This document shows positions 1 through 11,300 of a DNA stretch of 64,000 nucleotides, piece by piece. The position numbers were made by a program, and so were the translations under genes. The stretch spans positions 566,635 to 630,634 of the forward strand of contig JAAOMT010000617.1 of NCBI GenBank assembly GCA_016748015.1, read 5' to 3'. The notes under the pieces are model-generated. The model was not told the DNA's origin and searched no databases. It saw only the letters and a program-made list of their open reading frames with translations. How positions within the stretch are numbered: position 1 is the stretch's first letter; each line of letters begins with the position of its first letter. The DNA comes from Geosiphon pyriformis uo1 (lineage: Eukaryota; Fungi; Glomeromycota).

Positions 1-410
1 GTTGATTTGGAAGCAGACATGTACAACCCAACTACATGTACACTTATTTTACCCCTAAATTTCAATACCAGATGCAATAGTCTCCCATAATAACCCCTGA
101 TTACCTCCACATGGTGAGTCCAACATTTTTTAACCAGTATACCCACCCCAGTTCCCATTTGTTTTTCAGTGCTTGACTCCCAAAAAGTGTGATATTCCTC
201 AGTACCAAAAAACAACTCTTTTTCTTTGAGCGGGGTCAGTTTAGTTTCTATAATGACCACAAAATCAAACTGTTCATCCTTAATCCATTGTAGTACCTCT
301 TCAGCTTTGCCAGGATTGTTAAGTCCTCTAACATTGATAGTTCCTATTTTCCAAGTATTATTATTGGCAATGTTCTGTTCTAAAGTAAATTTGAATGTAC
401 TATACATCAT
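1..410 (-). pseudogene. LINE ORF2 N-terminus (APE endonuclease), truncated by the window edge
   Basis: Reverse strand reads WKIGTINVRGLNNPGK, VVIIETKLT and TGVGILVK; homologous to ORF 12902-13219. Confidence 0.85.
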
Positions 411-2520
411 CTGTTTTCATAGATTTAGATTCCCCAGTCATAGCACCATTTCAGTTATCCTGTTTCTCTACTTGTTTTAGCAGTACCATAATAAGTTCCA
501 GGGCCTTTTTGATTTTATTGATTTCTTTCTCTGGGTTGTATGCCTCTTTTCCCTCCTCTGAGTAATGTCTGAAGAACATATCCTGTTTCACTTTTCTATT
601 ACCCCCTCCTTTTTTTCTTCTGATATGTGACTTGGTGGGTGAATTACCACTTTGTCTTCCACTGTTACCCCAAGTTTGGAAGCCACAGTATTCAGTAGTT
701 TAGCCATCTCATTCATCTGTTGTCTTAATTCATCAATTTTGGATTTCCATGGCTGTTCTGCTCCTTTTTTTTGTTGTCCTTCTTTGTTGTTTGCTTGTGA
801 GTCTGTTTTTTGAAACCCACTTGGGTTTGCATTGCTTCTATTATTAGATGGGTTTAGTGCTGTCATCTCAGCATAGGATCTTTCCCCAAAGGCCTTAATG
901 AGTTCTTTTGGTATATTCTTTCTGACATACAATTTGGCCAATTGTATGTTATTGGTAACTTTCTTGGTATTCCCCTCCTTTTTCTTAAGTAAAGTAAGAT
1001 AATTTGAAATCAAGTGTCCTATCTGATAACAAAAATGGCATTTTTTAGCATCAGTGAGTACCCAGTGAATCAGAGTGTTCCCAATCACCAAAGGCTTACT
1101 GGTAGCATTGTAATAACTGGCTTTACTATCAAACCCTATGTAAACACAGTCCATTTTGGTATAGTTTCTGCTAGTTCTTGGGATAAAGTAAGATTGGGCT
1201 TTGATTTGGTCCAGAGTGGTACTCAGATAGTGGACAGTACAGTTTTGTGGTAGGCCAACTAGCTTAGCTTCCCAGGTTTTTCTCTGCTCAATGATCTTTT
1301 GGGTATCTATCATTGAGTAGATTCTAACTGCATCTTTTCTGATCAGGATTGACCATTGGTCTACAGTTCTAGTCACCTCTTCTTGATTGTTGAATTCAAC
1401 CACTGCTAACTGTTATTTTCCAGCCACTTTGATTTGGACTTTTTTAACCTCTCCAAATTCTTTCATGACAGCTCCAACCTCTCTGTCAGAAATACCCAAG
1501 AGAATATTTCTAACTAGAACCTTCTTTTGACCAGCCATTTGATTGGCAATGCCATCAGTTGCCATCAAAAATGACTCAAAATCTGCATCTGCCAAGATCT
1601 TCCTAGCTTTATCTCTTCTAGAAATCTATTCTAATTTTTTGGTTTCTTATTATTACCACTCCCAAAAGATAACTGACATCTCCCAACAGATTGTAAATCC
1701 ACTTCACCTTTTTTCCCATGTTCTTTTCTGGTATGTCCAATATCTGCACAAACAGAACATGTCTCTTGGTGCCATAGACAATAGTTCTCTAATCTTCTTT
1801 TTGATTTGCTTCTGTAGACATGGCATTTTTCTCAGATAATTTGTTACTCTTTTGGCCCAGGCTTGGGCTTGGCATTCTGCTTAATAGACCTGATTCAGAA
1901 TCTTCTATGTCCTCTGCAGTCTCTTTCAGATCAGCTATATCTTTGTTTGTCTCAAATGGATTGTCCATTTGCTCATCAGTTTTCTCTACAGATTTCCTTT
2001 TGTTGATCATGTCCAGAATCTCTGGGTTGTATTTTCTCAATCTGTACTGCTCTCTCAACATCTTCAATAAGCAATTTGGATGGTCTATTCAATTTTTTCA
2101 GGGACTTTGAGGCCCTTTTTTCACCAATCCAGGCTTCCATTTGAAACTTATTACTGTTACTTCCTTTGTTGAACATTGGTCACAAGACAAAATTGTTGGT
2201 TTGGTCTGTTGTTTTATTAGTAAGTTTCTCTTCAATGACCTGGTTGAATCTCTCTGTTAAGCCTTTTACACTTATTTTTCCTAAGTGTCTGTACTTTTTA
2301 TTGGGTTTTTCTTCTAGTCTGTTGTCTGTTAGTGGAGAAAAGTCAGCTGCTCTTTGGTATGAGACTGTTCTCTTTGATGTATTTGCAATTTTAAAGGGTG
2401 TGTTATCTCCACTGCTTGTGTTTACACTTCCAATTGATACACTGCTATGTTCAAACCTTAATGGAGGTGTTGTAGGTCTTGTCTTTTTGACTGGCATTTG
2501 GTTTGGTATGAATGTGTTAT
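400..2520 (-). pseudogene. LINE ORF1 (RRM-like domains, CCHC knuckle, coiled coil), disrupted
   Basis: ORFs 588-1403, 1413-1595, 1789-2067 and 2180-2497. Motifs include VLVRNILLG..FGEV, CHFCYQIGH and IDELRQQMNEMAKLL. Confidence 0.85.
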
Positions 2521-4988
2521 AAAAAAAACTCTAGCCAAAAAAACTCTTTCTCTCCTAAATTTCATGACCATGAATAGAGTTAAGAGTAAAAAAGTTGTAA
2601 ACATTACTTTTCCTATAGTAACTAATAAAGTTTCAACACGAGAGGGTCTCTCTGTTATTGAAGCAGCTAGACAAAACGTTCTGGCAACATTTCCTTTAAA
2701 AAATAATAGTAATAAGCTGCCTTTAGCGGCTTCTGGTTCATTTTCTTCTCCTTTGGCTGGAAGTTCTTCTCCAGTCAAAGTCCCTTCAAAAAGGCACACT
2801 TGAGTTAGTTCTAGTGTTGTCTCTACCACTTTAAAGAGCCCAAAGATTTTTAATAACAGACCAGTTAACAAGTTGGTCTTTCTTGCTTTCACCACTCCCA
2901 CTACTACTTCTACTACTACTGCTTCACAAATGGCTGCAAAAGCAAAAAATCCCAAAAAACAGCAGCAGGCAGTCACAACTGCTATGGTCACACTGAACCC
3001 CTTTGTGGTTCCAGATGAAATCTTCAGTAAGATCTCCACAGCAGCAGCCAGCCCTATTCTTGATATGGATGACAACAGCAGCAGCACATCTCCCAAGATA
3101 GGCCAAGATCAACCACTGGCTGTGTTGCCTGATGTGGTACTCTCCAGCAGATCATTGCCAATCCCAGTAGCAAAACAGTCCATCAATCCAGATGATCTCA
3201 AAGATTGGGCTGATCAGATGGAAATGGAATCAACTGTTCCCCCCCCAGTTTCTGGTGCATCTGATGCTGGTGCTTGGGTGAATGTGAATGGACATCAAAG
3301 GTTCTCTGGTTGGGTGGCCTCCAATCTTGTACCTGGTGCTACATTTAAGATCAAGATGGCTTTGCTCAGTTCTTTGTTTCAGTTGCTGCCTGGTTGTATT
3401 GGGCTTAAATCGGTTTCACAAGATGCTGTCAAGTTGTTCTGTGTGGAATTTGCATCTCAGAAGTGTCTAAATGGTGCTACCAAGATGGCCATTGGTGATG
3501 AGGTTTTTTTGACCACTCTTAAGATTGCACGGTCTTCAGGAGTGGCCTCTGTTTCTTCCCTTTCTTGGTCAGTTGCACTGCATGATGTACTCTTGGGTGC
3601 CTCTTCTGATAACATCAAATCTGCTCTTGGCATTTTTGGTGTTGTCACTTCTGTTAAGTTGAAGTCTGCTGGCTTATGGCAATATGCTGTGGTTAATTTT
3701 AAGGACACTTCTTCTGCTGCTGCTACTCTCTCTAACTGGTCTGTGTTGGTCAGAAAAGATAGTGTTAGGATTCTTCCCATTGCCAACCAAAAGAAGGTTA
3801 TCTCCTCAAGAGATGCTTTTAAAGCTAAGCTGGTTAATTTTCCATTTGGCTGCACTGCATTTGAGATAAGTGATCTGGTCTCCCAAGTTGGTAGCCGTAT
3901 GTGTTTCATTCCCGCTCCCCTGATTCCTATCAATGTCAACACTTTGCAGTAGTGACCTTTGGTTCCTTGGAATCTTTAAATGCTGCTGTTTCAAAAACCA
4001 GTATCTTACGTGGCTGCTGCATCTGGTGGGAAACTCCTAGATGTTGTCACTGCTATAGATGTCAAAGTTTGGATCATTTGGCTGTGAACTACAAGATGTT
4101 GCCACCTCTCCCTCCCAAACTTTCTTCTAATTCTGCTGGTGGTCTCATCATTTTCAAGTCGTCGTCCCTCATTGGAGCTAAATCTTATGCTAAAGCTGCC
4201 ACCTCTGTGGTTCCTCCTGTTGCTGCTGCTGCTGCTGATACGGGTCTGGCTTTCAGTACCTCTCCCAAAGTTGTAGTGCTGCTGTTGCTGGTTGTCTCCT
4301 CTGGTTCAGATGTTGCTGTTAATGCTAGGTTGGCTTCTCTAGAAACCCAACTTAGTGAATTGTCTTTGTTGATCAAATCTATAGTTGAGCCTGTGGGTTC
4401 TTTGGTTGCATTAGTTATTATGTTATTGTCTACTCCACCAGTTATGGCAGAGGCAATGAAGAAAAGTGTGATTGGATTGGGAAACCAAATTAAGGCTGTT
4501 CATGCTGTGGCTTCTGTGCTGCAAAAGGAAGTGGGGGCCCTCAAGTTGAGGAGTGGGAAGGTACATCATAACATATCTGATGATGAAGACATGGATGATG
4601 ATGATGATGATGATGACAATGATGATGGTGATGTTAAAGATTTTTCGGTCTATGATGATACATTTGATGCGATGATGGAGTTATGGGAGGTTCAATCTTT
4701 TAATATCAAGTCCGATCCAGATCAGACTGCTAAGTGGATGAGCAGTCTTGTTAAGAGTAGTCATGAACTTGTATGTATTATGGGTAAGATGTATGAATTA
4801 GATATGTTTAATACATTAGGTAGCAAAGGTAGTATTAGCGTGTAGTTAGGGCTTTCCACTTGTAGTTAGCCGCATCTTGTAATATGTATTATAGGGTGAG
4901 CTGGCTTTATGAAACTGCCACATTACTGTGAAATAACTAATAAATGACCGGTATGGCTACATGTTAACAAAAAAAAAATAAAAAAAAA
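2521..4988 (+). mobile_element. H1: ORF1-only non-autonomous non-LTR retroelement, full length
   Basis: 16-bp TSD GGTATGAATGTGTTAT at 2505-2520 and 4989-5004. Poly(A) at 4968-4988. 3' tail homologous to the LINE tail. No RT or endonuclease. Confidence 0.92.
2564..4845 (+). pseudogene. H1 ORF1-like protein, ~760 aa: S/T-rich N-terminus, RRM-like domains, CCHC knuckle, coiled coil, poly-Asp, C-terminal domain; one stop (2801) and one frameshift (~3910)
   Basis: ORFs 2498-2803, 2873-3952 and 3901-4845 join. VRKDSVRIL, AKLVNFPFGCT and CYRCQSLDHL align to LINE ORF1 IRKDAVRIY, AKLVGLPQNCT and CHFCYQIGHL. Confidence 0.85.
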
Positions 4989-7545
4989 GGTATGAATGTG
5001 TTATTTCCTTTCACTTGGTTTATATTTTTGGTAGTATCTTTACTTATACCTCTGTTTGTGACTGTTGTCATTTCACTATTAGTATTGTTGTCAAACACTT
5101 TAAAGATTTATATAATAATAATAAGGGTATACTATAACTAAAGATATCTTTTGGCAAAAACTATTTTTCTAAATTTGAGGTGTAGTAAATTTTGTGTTAG
5201 CAGGCAAAGAAAAAAAAAAAGTTTTTAGAATGCTGAAACTGGCTGGGCCTAATACCAAGTCTAAACTGAGAACATTGCTTAATGCTTGCATAGAAGCAGC
5301 AAACATGTCTGAGAAGTGGAAAATAGCACAAGTCATACTGATTCCAAAGCCAAAAAAATGGGGTGGCAATATTGACATTACCAGGCTGATCACACTTATT
5401 AAAAGCACTAGAAAGATCTTAACAAAGATTCTTACTGCAAGAATATCAAAAGCATGTGAGCTCCACAATGTTCTAAAAGGTTACAACACCTCAGTTTTAA
5501 AGAATACCTCTACAGCAGTGCCAATTTATATGATTAATGCTGTTGTTGAGCATGCAAGAGAATTTGGTAATGAGGCTTGGTTTACATTTCAGGACATGAA
5601 AAAAGCATACAACTCAGTGAAATGGAAACCCATAGAAGCTGCACTAAAAAGAATCAAAATGAACAATAGGTTTACTGAGGTATTTTGTTTGATGCACAAC
5701 AATAGAAGTAATAGGATCATTATTAAGTTTGGGTTAAGTGATGAATATCAAGTACAGGATGGACTGAATCAGAGGAAGACAAGCTCACCCATTATGTGGA
5801 GGATCTTCTATGACCCCTTAATGTGTGAAGTAAAACAAGCCAATTACAGCCAAGGATACAAATTAACAGCTGAATAGAAAAAGTGGGACAATCAAGCAGA
5901 CACACAATCCCTAATAGCATCAGTAAACCACCTGGCCTTCATTGATGACACAGTATGGATAGCTAACTCAAGACTAGGAATGCAGAGTATTCTGGACACA
6001 GCCAGCTCCTTCTTTAGAATGGTGGATATTGAGATCAATTTAGATAAGACTGAAACAATGGTGGTCAGACCCTTCAAAAGAAAGTCAGTGTTGGTTGAGC
6101 CACTGAAGTTTGGTCCAAACAAACAAATCTTGAAATTGCTGGATCCATTTACATGCACCTGATATTTGGGAGTATAGATTAGAGCAGATGGAAAAAATGA
6201 AACCATGCTGAAAATGATAGGTTCTGACATTGAAACAGTGTGTGGAGTTATTAGAAAAAAACACATTACTGAAAAACAGGCAATTTACATTTTCAACAGT
6301 GTACTCAGTCCAGCAATAGAATTTAGATCTCAATTGATCCATATACCAAACAGTTGGGCCAAGAGATGGACTTCAAAAATCTCAGCCACTGTGAAAAAAA
6401 AAGCAAACCTCTCAGTAGATTTCCTGGCCAGTGCTATGCATCACTCATCATTGTACAACTTGTTCAGAGTTGATGATATACAAGCAAAAAACAAGATCAT
6501 AGATTTGTTGATTAGACTTAACAGTAATGATATTGCTGGAATGGCAACAAGTCAACCTGCAGACTCTAAAATGGTCAGCTCATAGTATACTTGAATATTC
6601 CACTAATGAATGATCTAAGCCAGGAGTTAATCTTATAGCAAACATCATACAGATAATGGAAAAAAGTGGCATCTTATTTAAAAGCTCTGGTAACACATAT
6701 GGGGTACCTGAGTCCTTTTTTTTTTTTTGTAAATGTGTAGCCACGCTGGTCGTTTATTAGTTATTCCACAGTAATGTGGCAGTTTTATAAAGCCAGCTCA
6801 CCCAATAATACATATTACAAGATGTGGCTAACCACAAGTGGAAAGCTCTAACTACATGCTAGTACTACCTTTGCTACCTAATGTATTAAACATATCTAAT
6901 TCATACATCTTACCCATAATGCATACAAGTTTATGACTACTCTTAACAAGACTGCTCATCCACTTAGCAGTCTGATCTGGATCGGACTTGATATTAGAGG
7001 ATTGAACCTCCCATAACTCCATCATTGCATCAAATGTATCATCATAGACCAAAAAATCTTTAGCATCATCATCATCATCATCCATGTCTTCATCATCAGA
7101 TATGTTATAGTGTATCTTCTCACTCCTCAACTTGAGGGCTCCCACTTCCTTTTGCAGTACAGAAGCCACAGCATGAACAGCTTTAATTTGGTTTCCCAAT
7201 CCAATCACACTTTCTCTCATTGCTTCTGTCATAACTGGTGGAGTAGACAATAACGTAGTAACCAATGCAACCAAAGAACCCACAGGCTCAACTATAGATT
7301 TGATCAACAAAGACAGTTTACTAAGTTGGGTTTCCAGAGAAGCCAATCTAGCATTAACAGCAACATCTGAACCAGAGGAGGCAACTGGCAACAGCAGCAC
7401 CCCAACTTTGGGGGAGGTACTGAAAGCCAGACTTGTATCAGCAGCAGCAGCAACAGAAGGAACCACAGAAGTAACAGCTTTGGCATAGAATTTAGCTTTT
7501 TTTTTTTTTTTTTGTTAACATGTAGCCACACTGGTCTTTTATTAG

Positions 7546-8199
7546 TGGTACGGGTTGGAGTAACAAGCTAACGGATAGCAAGGGAGAACAGTATTATATG
7601 GTGATAGAAATAAACAAAGAAAGAATTACAATAAGGGAGTGAATTGAATAAGTAAGAATTCAATGTGCGTGATTAGTCTCATAAAAATCACAGTCGCTAA
7701 TCTTTTCTTAAATCTGAAGGTAGAAGAATAGTCCGTGATTGTCAACAAGATAACACCACTGCTATTATTCTATGCCTCAACTCGGCAATTCTTAGAATCA
7801 ATAACAGGTATCGTTGTACTTTTCAATCGTTTCTTTATTCAATGAATTACAAGAGCAAGCCAATTGCTTCTCAGGCTAATTCTAACAAATACAAATCAAG
7901 AAGGGGAAAAGATAAGGTATGTGAATGCCAACAAGTAGATACTTGAAGGTAAGGAAAGGGGAATAAGCGATTATGAGAGGAAGTAATTGATATTGTTTAT
8001 TTTGTTACTTTGATCATGTCTTTCTATAGCTAAGGGAATCATCGCTTATATAGCTATCTAAAGTGGTCAATGACCAGGTCAATGATCAGGTCAATGATCA
8101 GGTCAATGATCAATATCTAAAAATAGGGTGGCTAATTATATGACATCAGTGGCTAATATATGTGATAATTAATAAAAACTATGTGTTTCAACCATAATA
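7546..8199 (-). mobile_element. Solo LTR, diverged member of the gypsy LTR family, inserted in the L-c 3' UTR
   Basis: Termini TGGTACGG...CCATAATA (family consensus TGTTATGG...CCATAACA). 4-bp TSD TTAG at 7542-7545 and 8200-8203. Carries TGATCAGGTCAA repeats. Removing it restores the LINE tail. Confidence 0.9.
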
Positions 8200-8300
8200 T
8201 TAGTTTAGCCACACTTACAAAGTATGACCTTTTCATAAAGCCAACTCACCCAATAATCTAAATTACAAGATGTGGCTAACCACTAAGTGGTTATGCCTAA

Positions 8301-11300
8301 CTACACACTAATATAACCAAAAAATCTAAGGGGTATTACACTATCATACATAGTACTCCTACCACAAAAAACATTAGTTAGTATACCATTACACTGTGTG
8401 TAAACATCACCTACTTTGACTATGAATTCATCACTAACTTTACCACTATTCCTTGAAATACTATCTATACTGGAGCCACCAGTTAGATTTCTCTTGACTC
8501 TATTATCAATACCCATTGTTTTCTCCCATTCAGTTTGCAGTTTGCAACGTTCTCCCCACAATCTATTTCTTGCTTGAGTAACTGCCCATTTACACACCTT
8601 AATCAATACTTTATTGCTAGTCCTCAGGTCGATGTCAGAAAAAGTATTGATCTGTCCAAATTGCTTATTGACCAGTCCTTTACATAGCAGATTTACGTTA
8701 GACGCTGACCTGATGTATTTATTAGACAGTACAATCTTCTCATCATTGTTTTGGGCTTCGCGTCCCCCTCTCACAGCCTCTGAAAGGCACTGTATTCACT
8801 TATTTTTAACATCATCAATCAGTGTCTTGCCCTTTTGGGTATTCAAAGAGCATTCCCAAAAGTGCCAGTTGGTTTCCACTTCCCTGTAACATGTCTTGCA
8901 AAGATTATTCAAGTATACATGGGGACGTCTGTTGTATAGCACCTCTGCTGTTGGCAGCATGTTGTGAAACTAGCTGAGGTGAAGCCTGATGACATTTTAC
9001 CATCCCAGTTCCAAATCTTGGTTGTACATATCCAGTTTATATCTTGGTCTAAAGATCCTATTGTCTCTTGAACTTTGTTGTTGTCTATCCAGTCTAAAGC
9101 TGATTGAAGCCTAGCCTGTTTGTTCAGAAAATGCCTGATGTTTAGATCCAATTCAACTCTTCCACAAACAGGAATGTATGCAGCCTTCTTAGCATTGTAG
9201 GCCCACCTCATTGTATCAAGAGCAGTAGATCCTTTGGCCAGTTTGTCAGCCTTCTCATTTTTGAGTATACCAGCATGTGCAGCCACTTTGTTCATGCTGA
9301 GGTCAATCTTTTTTTCCCTTATTATTGCTCTGATTGCATTCCATGTGCACCAGTTTGGGGTTTTGAGCTGATTTCTGATAGACAGGGGATAATCTTTGGA
9401 CAACCATCTTTGAGCCGTTGCCATCATTGCTTGACTATCTGTGTTTATTGTTAGTTTACATCTGTAAGGCACTGCTTCCAAAGCTAGCAATACAGCCTTC
9501 ACCTCCACTTTTGTTGATAACAATGTTCCATCAATTGCTATACCAAATTCAGCTTCTATCCCATGTGTTATAAAAGCAGCTGCTCCTCTTGCTTCCTCAG
9601 AACCAGCTTTTACCAGTGAGCCATCTGTTGATATTTCTATCTCTTTCCTGAGTCTTAATTTCTCTTGTACACACTTCCATTGTGATAGTAAAGTGTCAGG
9701 GATATGGATATAAATAGTGTCTCTTTGCATTGTTTCTAACTCATCTGGTATTTGATTGGTCAGTATGTACATACCCAATGTCTTACATTGTGCTACATCA
9801 ATGCTTCTGTACTCATCTATAATGATTGTAGATTCTAAAATCTTAAACCATTTGGGAATTCTACCACTATCGCTTTGTCTGTACTTCCTTGTAAAGTCCA
9901 TCCATGTCATCAATGACTCATCAATGTTCTGTATCTGATACAAGTACAGCATGTTTTCCTTTCTCAGTAAGCTTCTAACTTTAATGTAGGTTTCATTTGA
10001 AGGTAAGATAGACTCAATTAAATATGCCTGTGGTCTTGAAGATTCAGGTATTCCATGTGTGTTACCATTGCTCTTGAATGAGATGTCTCTTTTTTCCATC
10101 ATCTGTATAATGTTTGCTATAAGATTAACCCCTGGCTTGGATTGTTCATTGGTGGGATATTCAAGCATACTATGAGCTGACAATCTCTGTGCCTGCAAGT
10201 TGGCTAGCCTGATTTTTGTAGTCATTCCAGCAATATCAGCACTGTTCAATTTAACTAACAAATCTGTGATCTTGCTTTTTGCTTGTATATCATCAATTTT
10301 GAACAAGTTATACAAGAATGAGTGATGCATGGCACTGGCTGGGAAGTTTACTGAGAGTTTTGTTTTTTTCTTCACAGTGGCCGAAATCTTTGAAGTCCAT
10401 TTTCTAGCCCAGCTATTAGGAATATGAGTTAACTGAAATCTGAATTCAATAGCTGGACTGAGTACACTGTTAAAAATGTAGATGGCCTGTTTCTCAGTTA
10501 TGTGTTTTTTCCTGATGACTGCACACACTGCTTTAATGTCAGATCCTATCATTTTTAGAACAGTCTCATTTTTACCATCTGCTCTGATCCATACTCCCAG
10601 ATATTGGGTACATGTAGATGAATCCAACAATTTCAAGATTTGTTTGTCTGAACCAAATTTTAGTGGCTCTACCATCAAAGATCTCCCTTTGGAGAGTTTG
10701 ACCACCATTGTCTCAGTCTTATCTAAGTTGATCTCAATATCCACCATTCTAAAAAAGGAGCTGGCTGTGTCTAAAATACTTTGCATTCCTTGTCTTGAGT
10801 TAGCTATCCACACTGTGTCATTGACAAAGGCAAGGTGATTCACTGACACCAACAGAGATTGTGTATCTGCTTGATTATCCCACTTTTTCTATGCTGCTGT
10901 CAGTTTGTATCCCTGACTATAATTGGCTTGTTTTACTTCACACAGTAAGGGGTCATAGAAAATTCTCCACATAATGGATGAGCTTGTTTCCCCCTGATCC
11001 AGTCTATCCTATACTTGATATTCATTACTTAGCCCAAATTCAGTTATTATCCTGTTACTTCTATTGTTGTGCATCAAGCCAAACAGCTCAGTAAACCTAT
11101 TGTTCATTTTAATCCTCTTTAGTGCAGCTTTCATGGGTTTCCATCCCACTGAATCATATGCTTTTTTCATGTCCTGAAATGTAAACCAAGCCTCTTTATC
11201 AAATTCTCTTACATGTTCAGCTACAGCATTAATCACATGAATAGGCACTGCTGTAGAGGTATTCTTTAATACTGAGGTATTGTAACCTTTTAGGACATTG

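Larger units (their letters stand above)
1..5226 (-). mobile_element. LINE segment L-a: 5' UTR, ORF1 and start of ORF2; interrupted by H1 (2521-4988); continues left of the window
   Basis: Colinear with L-c 12783-15555, including the 5' UTR (5005-5226 vs ~15360-15555). ORF1 fragments lie at 588-2497 and the endonuclease N-terminus at 1-410. Confidence 0.9.

Noticed and set aside
2458-3096. Long antisense ORFs over H elements (also 16650-17351, 49546-49983, 3457-3942)
   Set aside because: Shadow frames of low-complexity coding sequence; their ends vary between copies and run across insertion junctions.
2564-4845. H elements as processed pseudogenes of a host RNA-binding gene
   Set aside because: LINE-ORF1 homology, the LINE-like 3' tail and 5' start, and four copies in two subfamilies within 64 kb indicate a transposon family.
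8125-8285. TAGCCAC/GTGGCTA motif shared by the LTR U3 end and the LINE tail
   Set aside because: Only a 7-mer with no extended homology; cannot be distinguished from coincidence.
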